From contig NW_021831284.1 in assembly GCF_006345805.1 (NCBI RefSeq), positions 310,001 to 374,000 of the forward strand: a DNA stretch of 64,000 nucleotides. Reading direction: 5' to 3'. Origin of the DNA: Octopus sinensis (lineage: Eukaryota). The stretch's first letter is position 1, and each line of letters starts with the position of its first letter. Made by a program: the position numbers and the translations under genes. Below are positions 11,869 through 24,157 of the stretch, one piece after another. The notes under the pieces were generated by a model, which ran no database searches, was not told where the DNA came from, and worked only from the letters and a program-made list of their open reading frames with translations.

Positions 11869-12768
11869 CAGTGCATCCCAGAAAGATAAATAATAATCCT
11901 ATTATTATAAAGAATGATCCTAATATTATAAATACAAATCCCAAAAAGATAAATAACGATCCCAATATTATAAATAATTCGTATAAAATTTAATTTTAAT
12001 GTCAACATTGATGACATTATTCCACAAAAGGATACATTTTGGCCTTTATAACTTTGTTGAAATAATAAGGGTTCAATATTAGGTAAAGAATAGCCATAAT
12101 TAATGGATGTATGTAAGTTGAATCCACTTTCATCCAAAAAAATAATTCTTTTATTAAAGAATGTTGATAACTTTGTTGCGTAATATTTAATAGAATCTTT
12201 ATGAATTTGTGTGAGAATAACTTTTGAACGTTTCTTCAAACGTTTTCTGGTTAAATCTGATTCTTTAAACAATCTATTGATTTTTGATCTGCTTATGGAT
12301 ATACTGTTGTTTTAATTTGTAAAAAGCTTTTCTCTAACACCTAATTGTGTCAAAGAATTATCCTCATTAATAATATTTGTAATTTTTTCAATTATTTCAC
12401 GGTTATCTTTTTTCTTAGGGCCTTTAGACCGTACATAAGCATAGAAATCAACATTTTCATTTTCATCCAAAAATTTACAAATTTTGTAAATTGCAGAAGG
12501 TGATATATCAACTATTTTGGAAATTTCTTTAACAGGAATATTGTTTCTTAATCTTAGAAATTGATTAAATAAATTAAATGTGAGTGTCTTTCGTATTTTT
12601 CGGTTGCAAACATTGTCTTCCATATGTTATTTATCCTTACTTTACGCACTTTGTAATTTTTATTTATAATATTGGGATCGTTATTTATCTTTTTGGGATT
12701 TGTATTTATAATCTTAGGATCATTCTTTATAATAATAGGATTATTATTTATCTTTCTAGGATGCACTA
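11869..12768 (-). mobile_element. Internally deleted IS630/Tc1-like element with ~110-bp TIRs
   Basis: Long inverted repeats (11869-~11980 and ~12660-12768) starting CAGTGCATCC, with internal AT-rich subrepeats and TA flanks. HTH ORF 12312-12623 and DDE_3 fragment IIFLDESGFNLH..YGYS..GQNVSFCGIMS, truncated after it. Confidence 0.88.
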
Positions 12769-13282
12769 TAATGTTGTAATTATACATACTGAATCAGTAT
12801 CAAGTCTCTCTAGCTATAGTCAGAGGTAACGCAGACTATACATTCTTTGCTCTGTTTAATGGTGAATTCAGGTATAATTTTAATTTATTGATACTTCCGG
12901 GAATGATTTATTAGTTAAGATGTAAATTAATATAATTAGTAATAAAGTAATTGAGCCATAACCGAGATAGCCACAATTGAGTAAGCCAAATTTGATGGTT
13001 CGTGATTGACGGAATCGTGATCAATTTTTTCTATGAATTAAGTTATAAATCAAATCTCAACTTGCAGTTGAACCTGTAGTTGTAATCTAAATGGTAGAAA
13101 TTAATATGAAATAAATACCGTCGGATCATTGACGGAATCGAAATTGACATCATCCATGAGGTAACCAAACATGTTTCCTAAGAATTAATATTAACCATCA
13201 AAAACCTTCGATAGAGATTAAACAGGCTAAAATAGGAAACAAAAACATTTTGATTTAACTGTGCGAAATCGAATATTTATAA

Positions 13283-13352
13283 CAGGGGTGCGCAAGTGCG
13301 GCAGTGACGGCCGCATGCGGCCGTGAGTCGATGAATGTGCGGCCGTGGGCAC
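13283..13352 (+). mobile_element. Solo hAT (Charlie-like) left end
   Basis: CAGGGGTGCGCAA followed by repeated GCGGCCG subterminal motifs; no matching right end found. Confidence 0.5.
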
Positions 13353-14152
13353 AGTTAGGTCATCGAGCAACTAATCTTAAATATAATGCTCATAGTGTTA
13401 ATTAATCAAGAAAAACCCTAAATAATAATTAAAAATATTCATATTAAATAAAATTATATTTTTATATAATGGTTAACCTTTATTAAAAGTAATTATCATA
13501 AACGGCTTAATTTATTTTCATTATGTAGCGCTGTTGTCTTTATTTGGTTTACCTTTATTTATATATTTAATTGGATTCAAAGGAATATTTCGGTATGTAG
13601 TTTCTTTTAATGGTTAATTATTTGAAATTTCACCCTTAGCGTAACGAGGTAATTGATATCATGATATTCTTCCATACCTATTCCTGTAGACAGGGATTAA
13701 TTATTTTGTATTTTTGAGAGTATTTTTTAGACCGCCGATTTCGGAATCCTGTATTTTATGTCAATAAATCTTTGCGACAGTACATTCCTTAAATCTTCGG
13801 CAATTAAAGTTTTCTTCAAGTCAGAAAGGTGCTTAGGCATTAAATATCTATTTATAAAATAATAATCACTTTATAATAAAAATAGATAGGAAATATTTAA
13901 GTGGTCACTTTTTAGATGTAAATAGATATTCAAAAATTCATCGTTAAGACAGATTCTAGAATACAAATAGTCAATTTTTTAAGTATAATATGTTTATCAA
14001 TAAAAATAGCAGATTGCTAGCTGTTGGAATTTTTTTGAATGATAACCCAAAACTATGATAAATTTCATTATTTTTAAGTAGTCACTATTGTTCCTCATTA
14101 AGTGTATTAATTTTTGTGTTAAAAAGTGACCATTATAAGACAAAAACAAGAT

Positions 14153-16619
14153 CTAACTAAAAGTAAAAAGAGGATAACGTAGTATCACCTCCCGCCACGT
14201 AATAGAATCTGAACCAGTCGAACACAATGAGCGTATTAAATTTGGCACATCATCAATCTATAGAAATTATTTAAAACGGGGACAACTGGGACACGAATCT
14301 GCAACATTGTATCTCTATCGCGGATAGTAACCGACGAATCATTTATGGAGTCAAAATCAACAGTCACGGAGAAGGGAACTGAGAGCTGATCATTTCGTAC
14401 GTATTTCCTTCCAATGGAGGCCCCAGAGTTGTCAGACCGATAAGAAATTTCCAACGCATACAGCGAATCCTCTAATAAAATAACATAAATTTGAAAAACC
14501 AATTTCTGATGAAATTTTAATAAGCGACTCATTCTTTACAAGTGGAAACACAGCACATTTATAAGGACAAATCTGCGGTGGAAGTGCAATAAACTGAAAA
14601 TATTTTTAAGAGATGAAGGAACCGTTCTCGTGTCGCTTCCGTCTCTACATAAAAAATTTTGTTCAAAAATAGAGTATATAATCCTTCCAACTCCGAATGA
14701 AGGTTCAATAACTCCCGGAACATACTCCTCGTCTGAAAAACTCAGCTAAAATTAACCTGAAACGTTTTTTTCAGATTGTTTGAATTGTACCATTTCTGTC
14801 GAAATTTCAATTTGTCGATCCTCAATGTCGATAAATCCAATTCTATTTTATTATTTATTTCATTAACTTTTTATCATCTAAATCCTTTTTTAGTTTGATA
14901 GCATCATCAGAAGGCATATTTTTTAAACTTTGTAAAACTGAATTCGTTGACGATTTGTACTTCTCTTTAATTTTAGAAGCAATTGGAATTGCGCAGGTTA
15001 TGGTTTTTTTAATCTCGAATAAACAATAAATATATAAACAGGTTTGCTATAATGACGAGTGGCAACCAATTTCGATTTTGTAGCCTCAGAATGTTGACAT
15101 AGGTCATAACAAGACCGATCTGCACATCCAACACACTCAATCCAGCCCTTTGAAATTATAATAAACATATAACATAAGAAGTCTTGCACTCTGCATCCCA
15201 ACAGTCACATGCATAATGTGCCATTTCGTTTGTCAGATGCTGTCTAAATCGCAATTTGTCGTGATTTATTCCAACGCGAATCAAAAACAAATAAATTCTG
15301 CCAATAAAATAGCCGAGTGTCTGATTAGCAATCAAACCCTAAAAATATATTTAAAAATAAAACTGATTTAACGGCCTCATCCAATGTGAGATCTTCTCTA
15401 CTCGGTCGCCCATTTATTTGGTCAGCAGAAGACAGCAAAGACAATTTGAGAGAAGCCACTTTATCAAATTTTGGGTGACTTTTATCATCTGGATCAACAA
15501 AATGTTCAATTTCTGCCATTGTGAATTCACTAAATTAGTTAAATCGTTTTATTAATTGATTTGATAGCAAAACAAATTGAACCGAACTCTGAGAAGACCC
15601 GATCGAGGAGAAATTTCGTTACGAAAGGCTTTTCCTATCTGAGCTGCAGCAAAGGGAATATTTTGATGGTTAAACCGCAATAAAGCATCAAAATTAACAA
15701 AAATTCCCTGCGCTGTTTCAGGTCGTAAAAAACTGTAACTAACATTCAAAATATAACCCTTTTACAGAACCCGAAGGTCCAATTGCGGTAGAAAACATAA
15801 GATTGAAAGGCATTAGATCACTCAGTGGGTTATCAGTGTTGGGGGCTCTAATTTCAAACTCCCGAAGAACCGCGTTCATCTCGCTCTGAGTCAATCCATC
15901 CAACTTGAAATAATCAAATTAGAAAAATACCAAATCAATGATATTTCTTAACTTATTGCATTCATTTTCACATTTTGTATTCGAAATCCTTAATTCAAGA
16001 AATTCTAAAAATATATGAATATAATACGTTTAATAAGGTGGTCTGCCCGATAGCAGGCGCCTGTAATCATGTCTTTGACCATATAGTCAGAAAACCGTTC
16101 TAATGACCCGAGGCCTTCAGGACAGGTTCAGGAGTTATAATAGAACAGTCAACTTCTAACATTTTCTCTTCCAAAATAAAATGTTTTCGCCATATTGCAA
16201 GAATATTGGATTGAGTGGCACAGCCAATTGGACCATAGTCGTAAAGACCTTGAATGCCTTTAAATTAGGATTTGTTTGAACCTCCATAAATTGAAAATGA
16301 TGGTAAATAAAAGAATTTTGCTTTAATAAATCTTCAAGTTTTCCCCGATCAAATATATTTGACATGTTATTCTGATTTTATTTTATATGTATACCATTCT
16401 TTCAAAATCCGCATAAACACGTTTTATTTCTTCTTGAGTGTTGTGGAATGAGGAATCTTCTATTTTGAGTTTAAAGAGAGATGACGACTGTTAAAAATAA
16501 CACACAATTTATAACTAATGAATTTAATTTTCTGTTGTTAGACTTGCAATATCTGATCCATTTGTGGACATGGAACCACGTGATAGCTTAACAATGATTT
16601 GTTTCGAATAGACAATCAT
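14153..16619 (-). CDS. GARS1: Glycine-tRNA ligase (multi-exon; one apparent 1-nt frameshift near 16318)
   Basis: Motifs [83 protein letters not shown] and anticodon-binding domain [27 protein letters not shown]. Stop at 14153-14155. Start codon uncertain (16619 or 16571). Confidence 0.95.
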
Positions 16620-16645
16620 TGTATAAATAAATTCAAAATTAAATA

Positions 16646-18797
16646 CAGTGAATCCTCGCAATTGGCCATTTTTGGTACATAGAGATTTATGGCCAATTTG
16701 AGAAAATGGCCAATTTGAAAAAAATCAATATTAAAAAATAAAATAAACACGTTTAAATTTTATTAAAATAAAATTCAATCCCTAATTCCTTTTTATTTGC
16801 TCTTTTTACATTTTCTTTGTATTTTCTTATTGCAGTAATCAGCGAAACATCATTCTCATTTTCTGCATTACAGTAAAGTTGCCTTTCTTCTAGTTAATGT
16901 CTTTGCAATATCTTTTCTATCGAGTGGATATATGATTTTGTCTCTTCGTCGCTAATTTCAGACTCTTTATCCTCTTGTAAACAATTTCGTTTATATCTTG
17001 ATCTTCTGTGTTTTCGATATTTAGAAAATCTTCGCTCATTAGAGGATCGAAAATGTCAGTTCTTTCAATTTCAGTCTCATAATGTTCAATTAATGTATTT
17101 TCGTGATTAGATTCATTTAAAATCTTAAAACAATTTTGAATAGTTTCAGTAGATACGTCATCCCAAGCCATATTAACAAACAAAATTGCATCTTTTAATG
17201 TCAATTTTTTGTATGAATTGTATACAGAAATATTTTCAGTCTCCAGCAAATCAGTTAAGTACTGTAGCTTTCTTCTCATGAAATGAGTCTTGAAGGTTTT
17301 TATAATTCCAATATCCATTGGTTGTAGTAATCCAGTAGAATTTTTAGGAAAAAATAAATCTTAATACAATCCAAGTTTTGAGGAATAGAATGTGCAGGAC
17401 AGTGGTCTATTAGCAATAAAATTTTCTTCTTTTAATTTTAAGCTGGAGATCAAAGCTAATAATCCAATCAATAAAAATAGATCCAGTCATCCAAGCTTTC
17501 TGTGAGCTATAATATGAGACAAGACATCCATAGTCAAAATTTTTAAAACATCTAGGCATTTTTGTTTTCCAATCATCACAGGTTTCAATTATGACTTCCG
17601 GTCATGTTGAACAAAGCATATAGACACACGGTCTTAAAATTTTTGTATCCTTGGAATCGGTTTCTGCATACGCTTTTCGATGGAATAAGCTTGTAGTATA
17701 ATGCAGTTTCATCCAAATTATAAATTAGATCAGGCTTATACGATTTAGAAATTTCTTTAATTCTTCACGAAAAGAATTAATGTCAACTACTTTATCTGTT
17801 CGCATCTCTCCATGTAATTTTAGCATTCTTAAACCGTGTCTCTTTTGAATTTTGCCAGAAATCCATTAGATTTTTAAAGTTACTAAGTTGTAGCTGGCCG
17901 GGTGGTGCAGTGCTTGAAGAATTTGGCAGTTTAGCGAAGCTCTGGGTTCGAATCTCACTGCTATCATTCCGGCTGAAGGTTCCATGCATTACATGCACCC
18001 AGGATTGACGAGTGACGCCGTCATCAGTGATTTCACTGCGGAACCGGATGTCTACATCAGCCACAGCACGAGAGAAAAATAGATGCGGGGGGGGACAGCT
18101 CGTTTGGATTCGTTCGTTTGGATTAGTTAGTTCCTAATAACATGTTCTCTCTTTCTATCTTGATCTTATGTGGCTGGCCAGTGCGAGATTTCACATTAAG
18201 TTGCGATCTTGCGGACGTGCCTCTATTATATATAAAAGTTGTAGCTCTTCGGCAAAATGCGCAGCCTTACACGATATTAAGGAATCATTCAAAAAACCAC
18301 CTAAAAATTGGTTTTCAATTAATACCTTTAGACTCTATTGTATCCATCCATTCGATCAATTTTTCTTCAAGCGTAGGAAATTTTGGTTTGTGAGCAGCTT
18401 TATACGATTTTGATAGATTTTCGAATCCCGTAAAATAGAGTCTTATTAAGCAGTAGATTATTGATCGTCTTTCTCGAGATCGTCTTGTGGAATAAATGTG
18501 AGAATCTGTCAGCCAGAAGCTGACACGAAACACTGTCATTTTCTTCCTTGTAGTTTATAATTTGTGTTTTTTCAAGAAAAGTGAGCCGAGTATAACGTCC
18601 ACGAGAAATTTTATAAGACATGTGATTAAAAATAGTTTATTTTCTAATTAAAAAAAAATAATAATTCAAAAATTGTGGCCAATTTGAGAATTGGCCAATT
18701 TACTAAGAAAATTAATTTTTTCTTAGTAATTGTGAAAAAATTGGCCAATTTAAAAATTGGCCAATTTGCGAGGTGGCCAATTTGCGAGGATTCACTG
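16646..18797 (-). mobile_element. pogo/Tigger DNA transposon carrying a SINE insertion
   Basis: TIRs CAGTGAATCCTCGCAA(A)TTGGCCA with TA TSDs and GGCCAATTT subterminal repeats. CENP-B HTH from 18621, FKKSNGFL, IYNLDETALYY, QPMDIGIIKTFK. Confidence 0.95.
17896..18168 (+). mobile_element. tRNA-derived SINE
   Basis: Head GGCCGGGTGGTGCAGTG (A box) and GGGTTCGAATCTC (B box), GC-rich body, CT-rich tail. Flanked by near-identical TGT[A/G]GCTGGCC (17889-17899, 18169-18179). Interrupts the Tigger transposase. Confidence 0.8.
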
Positions 18798-19100
18798 TAA
18801 TTTATAATTTTGATAAATTGTTTTATTTATTTCAATTGTCGATATTGTAAATTTTATCACAACAAGAGTGAATTTATATTGCGAGACAATAATCAGATTT
18901 AATTAGTCTCAATTGAAGTCGACGTGCTTAAAAATTCTCTATCAGCCATCAAGTTTTTATTTTTAGATTTATAAAGACTTTTAGCTGATTTTTATTCGTT
19001 TTAAATAAACAAAATAGTTAATTATATAATAAATGATTTTATAAATAATAATTTTAATAAATTGTTGCACGTTTTATTCGTATCCTAGCTTTTGTTATAT

Positions 19101-19640
19101 ATGGGTGTTACAACTGTCGATAAAGTTCTTTAAAATCATACGATTTTCATTTATTTAGGGAGATAGACACTTTGCCCGTCAGCCGACTGTGTTCTTAAAT
19201 AAAAAACCTTCAAAAATAACAAAAAAACAGAACCTTCGATATGTCAAAAATGTTGGCCTGGGCATTAAGACTCCTGCAGAAGTAATTTTTAATATTTTAC
19301 AATTTAGGCTATAAATGGTACCTACATTGACAAGAAATGCCCATTTACTGGAAATATTTCAATCAGAGGACGACTTATCAAAGCCACAATCAAAAAAATG
19401 AAGATGAACAGAACTATTGTTGCTGTGCGGCCTAGTCTTCATTATATTCGCAAATATGGAAAGTATGAGAAACGGCATCAAAATATTTCTGCCCATATGT
19501 CTCCGGCATTCAGGGATGCCAAAGAAGGCGATATTGTTCTTTTGGGAGAATGTAGACCGTTGAGTAAAACCGTCAGCTTCTCTGTTCTTAAGGTTCAGTC
19601 TGCGACTGGAACTACTAAGAAGAGTTTTACCAAATTTTAA
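19101..19640 (+). CDS. RPS11: 40S ribosomal protein S11 (uS17), 3 exons
   Basis: [59 protein letters not shown]. Introns 19125-19158 (34 nt) and 19282-19307 (26 nt). Confidence 0.98.
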
Positions 19641-20437
19641 TTCGATAACTTTCTCTCTCTTTTTAATTTTTGGACTTGTTTTAATTTTGAAATTAATGAA
19701 ATATAGGTTAAAAATAAGAAACGAAAATATGTTAAGGGTTTTTTTCGGTTCATGAGTCTAAACTTTTTATAAACAAAGTTCTGTATTCAAAAGGTGGTTA
19801 AAAAGTTACAATTTTGAGACGTTAATTTTGAAAAACATGTATTTTTGGACACATTTTTAATTATTTTTGTTTTTTGTAAGAGATGTTCGTTTTGGCGAAT
19901 AAAAAGTTTAAATGTTAATTTTAGATACGTCTCGATCTAATTAAGATCTAATTTGTCCAATTATCATCGTCATCGTTAATTAATTATCATCGTTGATTGA
20001 ATGATTGATTTTTGAAAAAGAACAAAATAGATTAAGGAAACAAAATTTGTCCAATATTTTATAACGACGTTGATAAATCTGTAATGTTATTCGATTGGTG
20101 GCACATTTCGGCTTAGTAGTGTAATCACAAAATGTAATCAGGAAATTTGTTTTTATTCTAATAAAATTCTATTCTTTTTAGAGAGAAACGAAAAAATGAA
20201 CAAAAATTGCTAGAAAACTAGCACAGATCTAAAAAGTACGACAATCTATTTCCTGAATGTGATCAGGTAAATTGAATAAATTTTAATTGAAAAAATTGAA
20301 TATAGATAGTCGTGTAACGTGTTCATCAAATTGCTGATAATCAAGAATTTTCGACAAATTTAGGATCTACCGACAACATCACAACTGTATCTCCATTTTG
20401 ATATCCATACCACTTACTACTTTTCTATTTGAAATAA

Positions 20438-22977
20438 TTATTTACGACAGGAACAAACCAGGGAAACAAATTTACTTCTCCTGGTAACTAAGGCGATTAC
20501 ATTATAAAGCATTGAATTAGATTCGGTTTCTACAATATTATAAATCTGAAAAATACCTAAAATGTAGGTTTTTAGAGTTGTCCTCGAGACTTTATCCAAT
20601 ATATAAACCGTCTCGGATACTACAAACACACGGCTTTTAAGCTCCTTGTTGAGACGAATTAGAACAAAATCATTTACCGAAATACTGAAATTAGAAAACC
20701 CATTTCAACTTATTTATGGAGAGTTTGATTGATTTTATATTAATCTCTTCTGAGATAGAACACGATTTTCCGCAAAAATCTTTTTCGGTTATATTTTCAG
20801 TCGACATAAATAAATCAACTTCATCTTCGTTTATTTCATCACTCTCATCAATTTCATCCTTTTGCACTTTTTCAGGATCTGATGAATCCTTTTCAAATTC
20901 TCGCAAGATTTCATCAACTATTGTATGACTATCGGCCATGTATTTTGGAATAACAGTCGGATCAAGAAAATCATCAGCCTTTGCTTTTAGATAGCCTTTA
21001 TTAATATATTCAAAGTCCGGATTTTCGTTTGAAATATTCTCGTATTTTTCAAAACTTTCCGGAGCTATTTTTGGCAGATACTTGTCATAATCAGATGGTA
21101 TTTGTGCCTAAATTTATTACTGATAATAATTTACAGTAAAATTTAACGAAATTTCTTGATCCAAAAATTCAAAAAAAGCGACCAGAAAATTTTGACCTTT
21201 TTTGATTAAGTTAAGTTCAAATATACTCAAGAACTTGTAAAAATCTACACGTTTCTCGTTTTCACGTTCAGTAAACTTTTTTGCCTGGTCAATAACCTGT
21301 TTTGCCCACTAAAATAAATAAAATGAGTTAAATTATTACATTTTCGAATTTCATATTGACCAGAACCCGTCTCATAGTTTCTCTGATACCAGCTGAATAT
21401 ATATGGGAAGAGTTCAATATTTGATTTAGAATCTTAACATTAATATAAGACTTGTCCGAGTTTTTTATAAGGATAACTATTTCGTCTTTCAATTTAACAA
21501 TATTTTCAATGTAACACAATATAGTCCTAAAATTTCATGGAAATGACATACATAGCATGTTTATTAACCGAATATTGTATATTTTCTCTATAATTTGAAA
21601 CCATTTTGCATTTCTCTACTAATGAAAAATACTCTTGTTCATTCTTGGATTGTTCTTCCATTATAGAAGTAATTGACGTATTATTTTGACAAACTGAACT
21701 CATCGAATTAATGACGTCCTATCAAAATTTAAAATTCACATACATTAATATTTTTGAGAATATTTTGAGGCTCATTAAGTAAATCTGTCAGTAACATGCT
21801 AACATTAGAAAATATATTTTGAGGATCATCAGAGAAAAATAAATCTACAGTATTCGTCCAATCATTTTTTAACTTCAATATCTTTAATTTTTTCTAAAAG
21901 AATTATAATGAGAATATTTAAAATTTATGAGTGTTAAATAATACGACAAAAGCCAAAAAATTATCAGTAAACTTAAAACTTGCAATTGATCAAATATATT
22001 TAATAATACTTTGTCTAAATCTTTCAAAACAGAATTTGCATGTTCAAAAAAAGCATCCTCTCCCTTCAAGAAGATTATTAAACCAGCTCTTACAAATCCT
22101 TCAGGCATTATCCAATCAAACAGCGAATTGGATTGTAAATATTTCAATGCTTCCGAGTTTTGTTCATCGAGCCCATTCAAAACTGGATTCAAAAACGAAT
22201 CGAAAGCTGGAATATTTTTTAATTTTGATAGAACGCTAGGAATACTATCGAACATATATTAAAACTGATATTACTCCTTAATAGAATTCTTCAAAATTTC
22301 ACATTCTGTTAGAAAGTCATCAAAAAAATTCATGGAATCAGAAATCGCAGAAACGATTTCTCTGTTAAAATAAAAATATGTTCAAACTTTTTTGAAGCCT
22401 CCGAACTTTTTGCCATGATTATGTGAGCTCTGCAGAGTTGTGTGCACTCATAGGATATTAAATCAAACCACTCCAATATTTCAGTAATTTGTCGTTGCAT
22501 GGTCTAAATTAATGTTTTAACAATAAAATTAATTTCTCTACAATGCAATTATTCTTCACTGCTGCGTAATCATCTGCTGAATTGTAATCAAATAGATTAT
22601 CAAATGTAAAATTAGCTAATATATTATAGTGTAAAAAACGATTTTTATCTGTCAGTGTATTCAATTTATCTGCAAGTTCTGAGTCTTGGATGTATAGAAA
22701 TAATGGAATTGAGATCTGAAATTATAGAATTTTTAGAGTACATGATCGCATGCAATTTCGGAAAGTAAAAGTCGATCGTAGCAAAGTCGCCCGTCCGACT
22801 GGAGAAGTATTTGAAAGTGAAATGGAATTTGCAATTTTTTTTCAATGCATTTTTTTAAATGTGAGATTTCAGGATTTTGCATGTTACTGTTTATTTAGAT
22901 AGTAAATTTAAATAATGATACTCGAGTGAAGGAAATTGTCTTAATTTTCCCAAAGGAACAACAAAAATGAAATACAT
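20438..22977 (-). CDS. RB1CC1: Compact RB1CC1/FIP200 (Atg11/Atg17-like) autophagy scaffold
   Basis: N-terminal UBL-like MYFIFVVPLG..LKKCIEKKLQIPFHFQILL; SVLSKLKNIP; SLFDWI; IYSAGIRETMRR..WAKQVIDQAKKFTERENEKRVDF; PSDYDKYLPKI; C-terminal Claw-like ISVNDFVLIRL..VYIL..YILG. All collinear with recalled FIP200. Last exon uncertain. Confidence 0.8.
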
Positions 22978-23317
22978 TTCAACTGAACTTGAAATAAACC
23001 AAATAATTGATCACAAAGTTTTATTATTTTTTTTAAATTAAATAATAGCAACAAAATTAAAATCATTAATATTTTCAAAATATTATCAAAAAATCCAGTA
23101 AAAAATGGGATTTAATAATTCTTGGTGATTTAATAAATAAATAAAACAAACGGTTGACGTAAAGTATGTAAACAGAGAGAATACACTATAAACTAAAAAA
23201 TATATTTTTTTGGCAATTTAAAAAGAATTGTTTAATTAATGAACAAGATTACAATAATTTATATTAAAATCAATTTTAAAAATAATAAATATATTCCACG
23301 TTTGATTTTGCCTCCTT

Positions 23318-23815
23318 ATGGTGATTTTTTCTTGTCATTTATACATAGACAAAACCATTAGTCAAATCAGTCAATAATATAAAAATCATCAAGAAAAGAA
23401 CCAAAAAATTTGTTCGTCATCAATCTGATCGATTTGCACGTGTCAAGGTATAAGATATTTACCTCAGTCTATAATTAGAAAAATTGGAGGAAGCCAAAAG
23501 GTATTGACAATGTGGTTCGCCAGCGATGCAAGGGAACAAGAAGGACCCCAAAATAGGATACGGATCAAATAAACTCACCAAGAAAATGCTTCCAAATGGA
23601 TTGAGAAAATTCCGTATAAACACCGTCAAAGTAATCCCTGTTATCTATATCTCAAGGATGTTGATATTCTCTTAATGAATAATGGGAGATTTTGTGGTGA
23701 AATTGCTGGAACTATTTCAAGCCGTAAACGTAAGGTTATAGTCGAGAGGGCTGATCAATTGGGCGTTTATATAACCAATAGAAATGCCAAACTTCGGACT
23801 GATCTTAAGGACTAG
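23318..23815 (+). CDS. RPL32: 60S ribosomal protein L32 (eL32), 4 exons
   Basis: [64 protein letters not shown]. Introns 23321-23348, 23448-23478, 23631-23656. Confidence 0.98.
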
Positions 23816-24157
23816 TTTAATTTTCTCTATTTTCATGATTTTAATGAATTTTGTTCTCAAATGTGTTTTTTAGTAATAAAATTTTTGGTGAAAAATTAAG
23901 ATTTCAGATTTTTTTAAATTTGTTAGCACAACTGTACTTATTTGAGATGAATATTTGCAAGAATTTAAAAATGGGTCGTCGGCTAATTGAATATTTATTG
24001 TTTTTAATGCTATGAAATCTGTTAAATTAGAAAATAGTTTTTATTGTGCATCAATATATTGTTTTTTAGGATATGCATGCTAAAATAATTACAATTTCCA
24101 GCTGCTGCATTTCGATTTGTTAAGTAGCATATAATGTCTTAAATGAAAATATAATAA

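Noticed and set aside
11844-12829. Repeated IIYNIGIVIYLFGICIY peptide suggesting a duplicated gene, or a CRISPR-like array
   Set aside because: These are translations of the 110-bp TIRs of the IS630/Tc1-like element; there are no unique spacers or cas genes, and the DNA is eukaryotic.
12850-13230. Possible small minus-strand gene containing the repeated ATTGACGGAATCG (DSVN) motif
   Set aside because: No consistent spliced ORF or recognisable family; cannot be supported without transcript data.
17896-17960. Possible tRNA gene
   Set aside because: It has A and B boxes but no acceptor or anticodon stems, and it continues into a body and tail with a TSD, so it is a SINE head.
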